Assembly: GCA_964057225.1 (NCBI GenBank)
Contig: OZ059895.1
Coordinates: 3,782,001 to 3,846,000 of the forward strand
Source: Auanema rhodensis
Taxonomy: Eukaryota > Animalia > Nematoda
DNA: 64,000 bases
Reading direction: 5' to 3'
Shown here one piece after another: positions 1-13,850 of this stretch (positions are counted from its first letter, which is position 1; every line of letters starts with the position of its first letter). The notes under the pieces were generated by a model. It was given only the letters and a program-made list of their open reading frames with translations, was not told the origin of the DNA and made no database searches. The translations under genes were made by a program, and so were the position numbers.

Positions 1-3000
1 TTAAATAATGAACTGACCGACTAATCAGACATGGATCTTTCCTAGTTCTGTTGCTTGAATGGATGTTTTCCTACGTAGGCTAGTAAAACATGCCCTTCAA
101 AGCATCAGAACATGTGATCACATTCCAATTTTTTTGTATCTATCTTGTAAAGATAGTAATATATCATATGTTGAACACTATGTTGGAAAGATTTTAATTC
201 AGATTTTCTAACTTTTATTCAGTTTGTTTTTTAAACTTTGATTAAGAACTTTGATTTTTGTACACCCATAAATTATACGCAGCACAGGTTACCCTTAAAT
301 AATGAACTGACCGACTAATCAGACATGGATCTTTCCTAGTTCTGTTGCTTGAATGGATGTTTTCCTACGTAGGCTAGTAAAACATGCCCTTCAAAGCATC
401 AGAACATGTGATCACATTCCAATTTTTTTGTATCTATCTTGTAAAGATAGTAATAAACTTCGATTTTTGTACACCCATAAATTATACGCAGCACAGGTTA
501 CCCTTAAATAATGAACTGACCGACTAATCAGACATGGATCTTTCCTAGTTCTGTTGCTTGAATGGATGTTTTCCTACGTAGGCTAGTAAAACATGCCCTT
601 CAAAGCATCAGAACATGTGATCACATTCCAATTTTTTTTTTATCTATCTTGTAAAGATAGTAATATATCATATGTTGAACACTATGTTGGAAAGATTTTA
701 ATTCAGATTTTCTAACTTTTATTCAGTTTGTTTTTTAAACTTTGATTAAGAACTTTGATTTTTGTACACCCATAAATTATACGCAGCACAGGTTACCCTT
801 AAATAATGAACTGACCGACTAATCAGACATGGATCTTTCCTAGTTCTGTTGCTTGAATGGATGTTTTCCTACGTAGGCTAGTAAAACATGCCCTTCAAAG
901 CATCAGAACATGTGATCACATTCCAATTTTTTTGTATCTATCTTGTAAAGATAGTAATATATCATATGTTGAACACTATGTTAGAAAGATTTTAATTCAG
1001 ATTTTCTAACTTTTATTCAGTTTGTTTTTTAAACTTTGATTAAGAACTTTGATTTTTGTACACCCATAAATTATACGCAGCACAGGTTACCCTTAAATAA
1101 TGAACTGACCGACTAATCAGACATGGATCTTTCCTAGTTCTGTTGCTTGAATGGATGTTTTCCTACGTAGGCTAGTAAAACATGCCCTTCAAAGCATCAG
1201 AACATGTGATCACATTCCAATTTTTTTGTATCCATTTTGTAAAGATAGTAATAAACTTTGATTTTTGTACACCCATAAATTATACGCAGCACAGGTTACC
1301 CTTAAATAATGAACTGACCGACTAATCAGACATGGATCTTTCCAAGTTCTGTTGCTTGAATGGATGTTTTCCTACGTAGGCTAGTAAAACATGCCCTTCA
1401 AAGCATCAGAACATGTGATCACATTCCAATTTTTTTGTATCTATCTTGTAAAGATAGTAATAAACTTCGATTTTTGTACACCCATAAATTATACGCAGCA
1501 CAGGTTACCCTTAAATAATGAACTGACCGACTAATCAGACATGGATCTTTCCTAGTTCTGTTGCTTGAATGGATGTTTTCCTACGTAGGCTAGTAAAACA
1601 TGCCCTTCAAAGCATCAGAACATGTGATCACATTCCAATTTTTTTGTATCTATCTTGTAAAGATAGTAATATATCATATGTTGAACACTATGTTGGAAAG
1701 ATTTTAATTCAGATTTTCTAACTTTTAATCAGTTTGTTTTTTAAACTTTGATTAAGAACTTTGATTTTTGTACACCCATAAATTATACGCAGCACAGGTT
1801 ACCCTTAAATAATGAACTGACCGACTAATCAGCCATGGATCTTTCCTAGTTCTGTTGCTTGAATGGATGTTTTCCTACGTAGGCTAGTAAAACATGCCCT
1901 TCAAAGCATCAGAACTTGTGATCACATTCCAATTTTTTTGTATCTATCTTATAAAGATAGTAATATATCATATGTTGAACACTATGTTGGAAAGATTTTA
2001 ATTCAGATTTTCTAACTTTTATTCAGTTTGTTTTTTAAACTTTGATTAAGAACTTTGATTTTTGTACACCCATAAATTATACGCAGCACAGGTTACCCTT
2101 AAATAATGAACTGACCGACTAATCAGACATGGATCTTTCCTAGTTCTGTTGCTTGAATGGATGTTTTCCTACGTAGGCTAGTAAAACATGCCCTTCAAAG
2201 CATCAGAACATGTGATCACATTCCAATTTTTTTGTATCTATCTTGTAAAGATAATAATATATCATATGTTGAACACTATGTTAGAAAGATTTTAATTCAG
2301 ATTTTCTAACTTTTATTCAGTTTGTTTTTTAAACTTTGATTAAGAACTTTGATTTTTGTACACCCATAAATTATACGCAGCACAGGTTACCCTTAAATAA
2401 TGAACTGACCGACTAATCAGACATGGATCTTTCCTAGTTCTGTTGCTTGAATGGATGTTTTCCTACGTAGGCTAGTAAAACATGCCCTTCAAAGCATCAG
2501 AACATGTGATCACATTCCAATTTTTTTGTATCCATTTTGTAAAGATAGTAATAAACTTTGATTTTTGTACACCCATAAATTATACGCAGCACAGGTTACC
2601 CTTAAATAATGAACTGACCGACTAATCAGACATGGATCTTTCCAAGTTCTGTTGCTTGAATGGATGTTTTCCTACGTAGGCTAGTAAAACATGCCCTTCA
2701 AAGCATCAGAACATGTGATCACATTCCAATTTTTTTGTATCTATCTTGTAAAGATAGTAATAAACTTCGATTTTTGTACACCCATAAATTATACGCAGCA
2801 CAGGTTACCCTTAAATAATGAACTGACCGACTAATCAGACATGGATCTTTCCTAGTTCTGTTGCTTGAATGGATGTTTTCCTACGTAGGCTAGTAAAACA
2901 TGCCCTTCAAAGCATCAGAACATGTGATCACATTCCAATTTTTTTGTATCCATTTTGTAAAGATAGTAATAAACTTTGATTTTTGTACACCCATAAATTA

Positions 3001-6000
3001 TACGCAGCACAGGTTACCCTTAAATAATGAACTGACCGACTAATCAGACATGGATCTTTCCTAGTTCTGTTGCTTGAATGGATGTTTTCCTACGTAGGCT
3101 AGTAAAACATGCCCTTCAAAGCATCAGAACATGTGATCACATTCCAATTTTTTTGTATCTATCTTGTAAAGATAGTAATATATCATATGTTGAACACTAT
3201 GTTAGAAAGATTTTAATTCAGATTTTCTAACTTTTATTCAGTTTGTTTTTTAAACTTTGATTAAGAACTTTGATTTTTGTACACCCATAAATTATACGCA
3301 GCACAGGTTACCCTTAAATAATGAACTGACCGACTAATCAGACATGGATCTTTCCTAGTTCTGTTGCTTGAATGGATGTTTTCCTACGTAGGCTAGTAAA
3401 ACATGCCCTTCAAAGCATCAGAACATGTGATCACATTCCAATTTTTTTGTATCCATTTTGTAAAGATAGTAATAAACTTTGATTTTTGTACACCCATAAA
3501 TTATACGCAGCACAGGTTACCCTTAAATAATGAACTGACCGACTAATCAGACATGGATCTTTCCAAGTTCTGTTGCTTGAATGGATGTTTTCCTACGTAG
3601 GCTAGTAAAACATGCCCTTCAAAGCATCAGAACATGTGATCACATTCCAATTTTTTTGTATCTATCTTGTAAAGATAGTAATAAACTTCGATTTTTGTAC
3701 ACCCATAAATTATACGCAGCACAGGTTACCCTTAAATAATGAACTGACCGACTAATCAGACATGGATCTTTCCTAGTTCTGTTGCTTGAATGGATGTTTT
3801 CCTACGTAGGCTAGTAAAACATGCCCTTCAAAGCATCAGAACATGTGATCACATTCCAATTTTTTTGTATCTATCTTGTAAAGATAGTAATATATCATAT
3901 GTTGAACACTATGTTGGAAAGATTTTAATTCAGATTTTCTAACTTTTAATCAGTTTGTTTTTTAAACTTTGATTAAGAACTTTGATTTTTGTACACCCAT
4001 AAATTATACGCAGCACAGGTTACCCTTAAATAATGAACTGACCGACTAATCAGCCATGGATCTTTCCTAGTTCTGTTGCTTGAATGGATGTTTTCCTACG
4101 TAGGCTAGTAAAACATGCCCTTCAAAGCATCAGAACTTGTGATCACATTCCAATTTTTTTGTATCTATCTTATAAAGATAGTAATATATCATATGTTGAA
4201 CACTATGTTGGAAAGATTTTAATTCAGATTTTCTAACTTTTATTCAGTTTGTTTTTTAAACTTTGATTAAGAACTTTGATTTTTGTACACCCATAAATTA
4301 TACGCAGCACAGGTTACCCTTAAATAATGAACTGACCGACTAATCAGACATGGATCTTTCCTAGTTCTGTTGCTTGAATGGATGTTTTCCTACGTAGGCT
4401 AGTAAAACATGCCCTTCAAAGCATCAGAACATGTGATCACATTCCAATTTTTTTGTATCTATCTTGTAAAGATAGTAATATATCATATGTTGAACACTAT
4501 GTTAGAAAGATTTTAATTCAGATTTTCTAACTTTTATTCAGTTTGTTTTTTAAACTTTGATTAAGAACTTTGATTTTTGTACACCCATAAATTATACGCA
4601 GCACAGGTTACCCTTAAATAATGAACTGACCGACTAATCAGACATGGATCTTTCCTAGTTCTGTTGCTTGAATGGATGTTTTCCTACGTAGGCTAGTAAA
4701 ACATGCCCTTCAAAGCATCAGAACATGTGATCACATTCCAATTTTTTTGTATCCATTTTGTAAAGATAGTAATAAACTTTGATTTTTGTACACCCATAAA
4801 TTATACGCAGCACAGGTTACCCTTAAATAATGAACTGACCGACTAATCAGACATGGATCTTTCCAAGTTCTGTTGCTTGAATGGATGTTTTCCTACGTAG
4901 GCTAGTAAAACATGCCCTTCAAAGCATCAGAACATGTGATCACATTCCAATTTTTTTGTATCTATCTTGTAAAGATAGTAATAAACTTCGATTTTTGTAC
5001 ACCCATAAATTATACGCAGCACAGGTTACCCTTAAATAATGAACTGACCGACTAATCAGACATGGATCTTTCCTAGTTCTGTTGCTTGAATGGATGTTTT
5101 CCTACGTAGGCTAGTAAAACATGCCCTTCAAAGCATCAGAACATGTGATCACATTCCAATTTTTTTGTATCTATCTTGTAAAGATAGTAATATATCATAT
5201 GTTGAACACTATGTTGGAAAGATTTTAATTCAGATTTTCTAACTTTTAATCAGTTTGTTTTTTAAACTTTGATTAAGAACTTTGATTTTTGTACACCCAT
5301 AAATTATACGCAGCACAGGTTACCCTTAAATAATGAACTGACCGACTAATCAGCCATGGATCTTTCCTAGTTCTGTTGCTTGAATGGATGTTTTCCTACG
5401 TAGGCTAGTAAAACATGCCCTTCAAAGCATCAGAACTTGTGATCACATTCCAATTTTTTTGTATCTATCTTATAAAGATAGTAATATATCATATGTTGAA
5501 CACTATGTTGGAAAGATTTTAATTCAGATTTTCTAACTTTTATTCAGTTTGTTTTTTAAACTTTGATTAAGAACTTTGATTTTTGTACACCCATAAATTA
5601 TACGCAGCACAGGTTACCCTTAAATAATGAACTGACCGACTAATCAGACATGGATCTTTCCTAGTTCTGTTGCTTGAATGGATGTTTTCCTACGTAGGCT
5701 AGTAAAACATGCCCTTCAAAGCATCAGAACATGTGATCACATTCCAATTTTTTTGTATCTATCTTGTAAAGATAGTAATATATCATATGTTGAACACTAT
5801 GTTAGAAAGATTTTAATTCAGATTTTCTAACTTTTATTCAGTTTGTTTTTTAAACTTTGATTAAGAACTTTGATTTTTGTACACCCATAAATTATACGCA
5901 GCACAGGTTACCCTTAAATAATGAACTGACCGACTAATCAGACATGGATCTTTCCTAGTTCTGTTGCTTGAATGGATGTTTTCCTACGTAGGCTAGTAAA

Positions 6001-8649
6001 ACATGCCCTTCAAAGCATCAGAACATGTGATCACATTCCAATTTTTTTGTATCCATTTTGTAATGATAGTAATAAACTTTGATTTTTGTACACCCATAAA
6101 TTATACGCAGCACAGGTTACCCTTAAATAATGAACTGACCGACTAATCAGACATGGATCTTTCCTAGTTCTGTTGCTTGAATGGATGTTTTCCTACGTAG
6201 GCTAGTAAAACATGCCCTTCAAAGCATCAGAACATGTGATCACATTCCAATTTTTTTGTATCTATCTTGTAAAGATAGTAATATATCATATGTTGAACAC
6301 TATGTTGGAAAGATTTTAATTCAGATTTTCTAACTTTTAATCAGTTTGTTTTTTAAACTTTGATTAAGAACTTTGATTTTTGTACACCCATAAATTATAC
6401 GCAGCACAGGTTACCCTTAAATAATGAACTGACCGACTAATCAGACATGGATCTTTCCTAGTTCTGTTGCTTGAATGGATGTTTTCCTACGTAGGCTAGT
6501 AAAACATGCCCTTCAAAGCATCAGAACATGTGATCACATTCCAATTTTTTTGTATCTATCTTGTAAAGATAGTAATATATCATATGTTGAACACTATGTT
6601 GGAAAGATTTTAATTCAGATTTACGAACTTTTATTCAGTTTGTTTTTTAAACTTTGATTAAGAACTTTGATTTTTGTACACCCATAAATTATACGCAGCA
6701 CAGGTTACCCTTAAATAATGAACTGACCGACTAATCAGACATGGATCTTTCCTAGTTCTGTTGCTTGAATGGATGTTTTCCTACGTAGGCTAGTAAAACA
6801 TGCCCTTCAAAGCATCAGAACATGTGATCACATTCCAATTTTTTTGTATCTATCTTGTAAAGATAGTAATATATCATATGTTGAACACTATGTTAGAAAG
6901 ATTTTAATTCAGATTTTCTAACTTTTATTCAGTTTGTTTTTTAAACTTTGATTAAGAACTTTGATTTTTGTACACCCATAAATTATACGCAGCACAGGTT
7001 ACCCTTAAATAATGAACTGACCGACTAATCAGACATGGATCTTTCCTAGTTCTGTTGCTTGAATGGATGTTTTCCTACGTAGGCTAGTAAAACATGCCCT
7101 TCAAAGCATCAGAACATGTGATCACATTCCAATTTTTTTGTATCCATTTTGTAATGATAGTAATAAACTTTGATTTTTGTACACCCATAAATTATACGCA
7201 GCACAGGTTACCCTTAAATAATGAACTGACCGACTAATCAGACATGGATCTTTCCTAGTTCTGTTGCTTGAATGGATGTTTTCCTACGTAGGCTAGTAAA
7301 ACATGCCCTTCAAAGCATCAGAACATGTGATCACATTCCAATTTTTTTGTATCTATCTTGTAAAGATAGTAATATATCATATGTTGAACACTATGTTGGA
7401 AAGATTTTAATTCAGATTTTCTAACTTTTAATCAGTTTGTTTTTTAAACTTTGATTAAGAACTTTGATTTTTGTACACCCATAAATTATACGCAGCACAG
7501 GTTACCCTTAAATAATGAACTGACCGACTAATCAGACATGGATCTTTCCTAGTTCTGTTGCTTGAATGGATGTTTTCCTACGTAGGCTAGTAAAACATGC
7601 CCTTCAAAGCATCAGAACATGTGATCACATTCCAATTTTTTTGTATCTATCTTGTAAAGATAGTAATATATCATATGTTGAACACTATGTTGGAAAGATT
7701 TTAATTCAGATTTACGAACTTTTATTCAGTTTGTTTTTTAAACTTTGATTAAGAACTTTGATTTTTGTACACCCATAAATTATACGCAGCACAGGTTACC
7801 CTTAAATAATGAACTGACCGACTAATCAGACATGGATCTTTCCTAGTTCTGTTGCTTGAATGGATGTTTTCCTACGTAGGCTAGTAAAACATGCCCTTCA
7901 AAGCATCAGAACATGTGATCACATTCCAATTTTTTTGTATCTATCTTGTAAAGATAGTAATATATCATATGTTGAACACTATGTTAGAAAGATTTTAATT
8001 CAGATTTTCTAACTTTTATTCAGTTTGTTTTTTAAACTTTGATTAAGAACTTTGATTTTTGTACACCCATAAATTATACGCAGCACAGGTTACCCTTAAA
8101 TAATGAACTGACCGACTAATCAGACATGGATCTTTCCTAGTTCTGTTGCTTGAATGGATGTTTTCCTACGTAGGCTAGTAAAACATGCCCTTCAAAGCAT
8201 CAGAACATGTGATCACATTCCAATTTTTTTGTATCCATTTTGTAATGATAGTAATAAACTTTGATTTTTGTACACCCATAAATTATACGCAGCACAGGTT
8301 ACCCTTAAATAATGAACTGACCGACTAATCAGACATGGATCTTTCCTAGTTCTGTTGCTTGAATGGATGTTTTCCTACGTAGGCTAGTAAAACATGCCCT
8401 TCAAAGCATCAGAACATGTGATCACATTCCAATTTTTTTGTATCTATCTTGTAAAGATAGTAATATATCATATGTTGAACACTATGTTGGAAAGATTTTA
8501 ATTCAGATTTTCTAACTTTTAATCAGTTTGTTTTTTAAACTTTGATTAAGAACTTTGATTTTTGTACACCCATAAATTATACGCAGCACAGGTTACCCTT
8601 AAATAATGAACTGACCGACTAATCAGACATGGATCTTTCCTAGTTCTGT

Positions 8650-11600
8650 TGCTTGAATGGATGTTTTCCTACGTAGGCTAGTAAAACATGCCCTTCAAAG
8701 CATCAGAACATGTGATCACATTCCAATTTTTTTGTATCTATCTTGTAAAGATAGTAATATATCATATGTTGAACACTATGTTGGAAAGATTTTAATTCAG
8801 ATTTACGAACTTTTATTCAGTTTGTTTTTTAAACTTTGATTAAGAACTTTGATTTTTGTACACCCATAAATTATACGCAGCACAGGTTACCCTTAAATAA
8901 TGAACTGACCGACTAATCAGACATGGATCTTTCCTAGTTCTGTTGCTTGAATGGATGTTTTCCTACGTAGGCTAGTAAAACATGCCCTTCAAAGCATCAG
9001 AACATGTGATCACATTCCAATTTTTTTGTATCTATCTTGTAAAGATAGTAATAAACTTCGATTTTTGTACACCCATAAATTATACGCAGCACAGGTTACC
9101 CTTAAATAATGAACTGACCGACTAATCAGACATGGATCTTTCCTAGTTCTGTTGCTTGAATGGATGTTTTCCTACGTAGGCTAGTAAAACATGCCCTTCA
9201 AAGCATCAGAACATGTGATCACATTCCAATTTTTTTGTATCTATCTTGTAAAGATAGTAATATATCATATGTTGAACACTATGTTGGAAAGATTTTAATT
9301 CAGATTTTCTAACTTTTAATCAGTTTGTTTTTTAAACTTTGATTAAGAACTTTGATTTTTGTACACCCATAAATTATACGCAGCACAGGTTACCCTTAAA
9401 TAATGAACTGACCGACTAATCAGCCATGGATCTTTCCTAGTTCTGTTGCTTGAATGGATGTTTTCCTACGTAGGCTAGTAAAACATGCCTTTCAAAGCAT
9501 CAGAACATGTGATCACATTCCAATTTTTTTGTATCTATCTTGTAAAGATAGTAATATATCATATGTTGAACACTATGTTGGAAAGATTTTAATTCAGATT
9601 TACGAACTTTTATTCAGTTTGTTTTTTAAACTTTGATTAAGAACTTTGATTTTTGTACACCCATAAATTATACGCAGCACAGGTTACCCTTAAATAATGA
9701 ACTGACCGACTAATCAGACATGGATCTTTCCTAGTTCTGTTGCTTGAATGGATGTTTTCCTACGTAGGCTAGTAAAACATGCCCTTCAAAGCATCAGAAC
9801 ATGTGATCACATTCCAATTTTTTTGTATCTATCTTGTAAAGATAGTAATAAACTTCGATTTTTGTACACCCATAAATTATACGCAGCACAGGTTACCCTT
9901 AAATAATGAACTGACCGACTAATCAGACATGGATCTTTCCTAGTTCTGTTGCTTGAATGGATGTTTTCCTACGTAGGCTAGTAAAACATGCCCTTCAAAG
10001 CATCAGAACATGTGATCACATTCCAATTTTTTTGTATCTATCTTGTAAAGATAGTAATATATCATATGTTGAACACTATGTTGGAAAGATTTTAATTCAG
10101 ATTTTCTAACTTTTAATCAGTTTGTTTTTTAAACTTTGATTAAGAACTTTGATTTTTGTACACCCATAAATTATACGCAGCACAGGTTACCCTTAAATAA
10201 TGAACTGACCGACTAATCAGCCATGGATCTTTCCTAGTTCTGTTGCTTGAATGGATGTTTTCCTACGTAGGCTAGTAAAACATGCCCTTCAAAGCATCAG
10301 AACATGTGATCACATTCCAATTTTTTTGTATCTATCTTGTAAAGATAGTAATATATCATATGTTGAACACTATGTTGGAAAGATTTTAATTCAGATTTAC
10401 GAACTTTTATTCAGTTTGTTTTTTAAACTTTGATTAAGAACTTTGATTTTTGTACACCCATAAATTATACGCAGCACAGGTTACCCTTAAATAATGAACT
10501 GACCGACTAATCAGACATGGATCTTTCCTAGTTCTGTTGCTTGAATGGATGTTTTCCTACGTAGGCTAGTAAAACATGCCCTTCAAAGCATCAGAACATG
10601 TGATCACATTCCAATTTTTTTGTATCTATCTTGTAAAGATAGTAATAAACTTCGATTTTTGTACACCCATAAATTATACGCAGCACAGGTTACCCTTAAA
10701 TAATGAACTGACCGACTAATCAGACATGGATCTTTCCTAGTTCTGTTGCTTGAATGGATGTTTTCCTACGTAGGCTAGTAAAACATGCCCTTCAAAGCAT
10801 CAGAACATGTGATCACATTCCAATTTTTTTGTATCTATCTTGTAAAGATAGTAATATATCATATGTTGAACACTATGTTGGAAAGATTTTAATTCAGATT
10901 TTCTAACTTTTAATCAGTTTGTTTTTTAAACTTTGATTAAGAACTTTGATTTTTGTACACCCATAAATTATACGCAGCACAGGTTACCCTTAAATAATGA
11001 ACTGACCGACTAATCAGCCATGGATCTTTCCTAGTTCTGTTGCTTGAATGGATGTTTTCCTACGTAGGCTAGTAAAACATGCCTTTCAAAGCATCAGAAC
11101 ATGTGATCACATTCCAATTTTTTTGTATCTATCTTGTAAAGATAGTAATATATCATATGTTGAACACTATGTTGGAAAGATTTTAATTCAGATTTACGAA
11201 CTTTTATTCAGTTTGTTTTTTAAACTTTGATTAAGAACTTTGATTTTTGTACACCCATAAATTATACGCAGCACAGGTTACCCTTAAATAATGAACTGAC
11301 CGACTAATCAGACATGGATCTTTCCTAGTTCTGTTGCTTGAATGGATGTTTTCCTACGTAGGCTAGTAAAACATGCCCTTCAAAGCATCAGAACATGTGA
11401 TCACATTCCAATTTTTTTGTATCTATCTTGTAAAGATAGTAATAAACTTCGATTTTTGTACACCCATAAATTATACGCAGCACAGGTTACCCTTAAATAA
11501 TGAACTGACCGACTAATCAGACATGGATCTTTCCTAGTTCTGTTGCTTGAATGGATGTTTTCCTACGTAGGCTAGTAAAACATGCCCTTCAAAGCATCAG

Positions 11601-13850
11601 AACATGTGATCACATTCCAATTTTTTTGTATCTATCTTGTAAAGATAGTAATAAACTTCGATTTTTGTACACCCATAAATTATACGCAGCACAGGTTACC
11701 CTTAAATAATGAACTGACCGACTAATCAGACATGGATCTTTCCTAGTTCTGTTGCTTGAATGGATGTTTTCCTACGTAGGCTAGTAAAACATGCCCTTCA
11801 AAGCATCAGAACATGTGATCACATTCCAATTTTTTTGTATCTATCTTGTAAAGATAGTAATATATCATATGTTGAACACTATGTTGGAAAGATTTTAATT
11901 CAGATTTTCTAACTTTTAATCAGTTTGTTTTTTAAACTTTGATTAAGAACTTTGATTTTTGTACACCCATAAATTATACGCAGCACAGGTTACCCTTAAA
12001 TAATGAACTGACCGACTAATCAGCCATGGATCTTTCCTAGTTCTGTTGCTTGAATGGATGTTTTCCTACGTAGGCTAGTAAAACATGCCCTTCAAAGCAT
12101 CAGAACATGTGATCACATTCCAATTTTTTTGTATCTATCTTGTAAAGATAGTAATATATCATATGTTGAACACTATGTTGGAAAGATTTTAATTCAGATT
12201 TACGAACTTTTATTCAGTTTGTTTTTTAAACTTTGATTAAGAACTTTGATTTTTGTACACCCATAAATTATACGCAGCACAGGTTACCCTTAAATAATGA
12301 ACTGACCGACTAATCAGACATGGATCTTTCCTAGTTCTGTTGCTTGAATGGATGTTTTCCTACGTAGGCTAGTAAAACATGCCCTTCAAAGCATCAGAAC
12401 ATGTGATCACATTCCAATTTTTTTGTATCTATCTTGTAAAGATAGTAATAAACTTCGATTTTTGTACACCCATAAATTATACGCAGCACAGGTTACCCTT
12501 AAATAATGAACTGACCGACTAATCAGACATGGATCTTTCCTAGTTCTGTTGCTTGAATGGATGTTTTCCTACGTAGGCTAGTAAAACATGCCCTTCAAAG
12601 CATCAGAACATGTGATCACATTCCAATTTTTTTGTATCTATCTTGTAAAGATAGTAATATATCATATGTTGAACACTATGTTGGAAAGATTTTAATTCAG
12701 ATTTTCTAACTTTTAATCAGTTTGTTTTTTAAACTTTGATTAAGAACTTTGATTTTTGTACACCCATAAATTATACGCAGCACAGGTTACCCTTAAATAA
12801 TGAACTGACCGACTAATCAGCCATGGATCTTTCCTAGTTCTGTTGCTTGAATGGATGTTTTCCTACGTAGGCTAGTAAAACATGCCTTTCAAAGCATCAG
12901 AACATGTGATCACATTCCAATTTTTTTGTATCTATCTTGTAAAGATAGTAATATATCATATGTTGAACACTATGTTGGAAAGATTTTAATTCAGATTTAC
13001 GAACTTTTATTCAGTTTGTTTTTTAAACTTTGATTAAGAACTTTGATTTTTGTACACCCATAAATTATACGCAGCACAGGTTACCCTTAAATAATGAACT
13101 GACCGACTAATCAGACATGGATCTTTCCTAGTTCTGTTGCTTGAATGGATGTTTTCCTACGTAGGCTAGTAAAACATGCCCTTCAAAGCATCAGAACATG
13201 TGATCACATTCCAATTTTTTTGTATCTATCTTGTAAAGATAGTAATAAACTTCGATTTTTGTACACCCATAAATTATACGCAGCACAGGTTACCCTTAAA
13301 TAATGAACTGACCGACTAATCAGACATGGATCTTTCCTAGTTCTGTTGCTTGAATGGATGTTTTCCTACGTAGGCTAGTAAAACATGCCCTTCAAAGCAT
13401 CAGAACATGTGATCACATTCCAATTTTTTTGTATCTATCTTGTAAAGATAGTAATATATCATATGTTGAACACTATGTTGGAAAGATTTTAATTCAGATT
13501 TTCTAACTTTTAATCAGTTTGTTTTTTAAACTTTGATTAAGAACTTTGATTTTTGTACACCCATAAATTATACGCAGCACAGGTTACCCTTAAATAATGA
13601 ACTGACCGACTAATCAGCCATGGATCTTTCCTAGTTCTGTTGCTTGAATGGATGTTTTCCTACGTAGGCTAGTAAAACATGCCCTTCAAAGCATCAGAAC
13701 ATGTGATCACATTCCAATTTTTTTGTATCTATCTTGTAAAGATAGTAATATATCATATGTTGAACACTATGTTGGAAAGATTTTAATTCAGATTTACGAA
13801 CTTTTATTCAGTTTGTTTTTTAAACTTTGATTAAGAACTTTGATTTTTGT
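8650..13850. repeat. 797-bp trimeric higher-order repeat (294+294+209); a second block lies at ~18300-21450
   Basis: The TTTACGAAC variant (the 60-aa ORF copies) recurs at 8657, 9454, 10251, 11048, then 12054, 12851, 13648, and at 18848, 19645, 20442, 21239. Confidence 0.93.

Noticed and set aside
1-294. Hammerhead ribozyme, tRNA, 5S or U5 gene within the monomer
   Set aside because: No CUGANGA core (only CTGATGC / CTGATTA on the minus strand), no A/B boxes, no 5S sequence and no U5 loop I.
1-294. 294 bp = 2 x 147 bp nucleosome cores
   Set aside because: Numerical coincidence that leaves no linker; unsupported without MNase data.
287-315. Faint resemblance of GGTTACCC-TTAAATAATGAACTGACC to nematode SL1 RNA
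   Set aside because: Lacks the 22-nt leader and the AG|GT donor. The similarity is short and could be chance.
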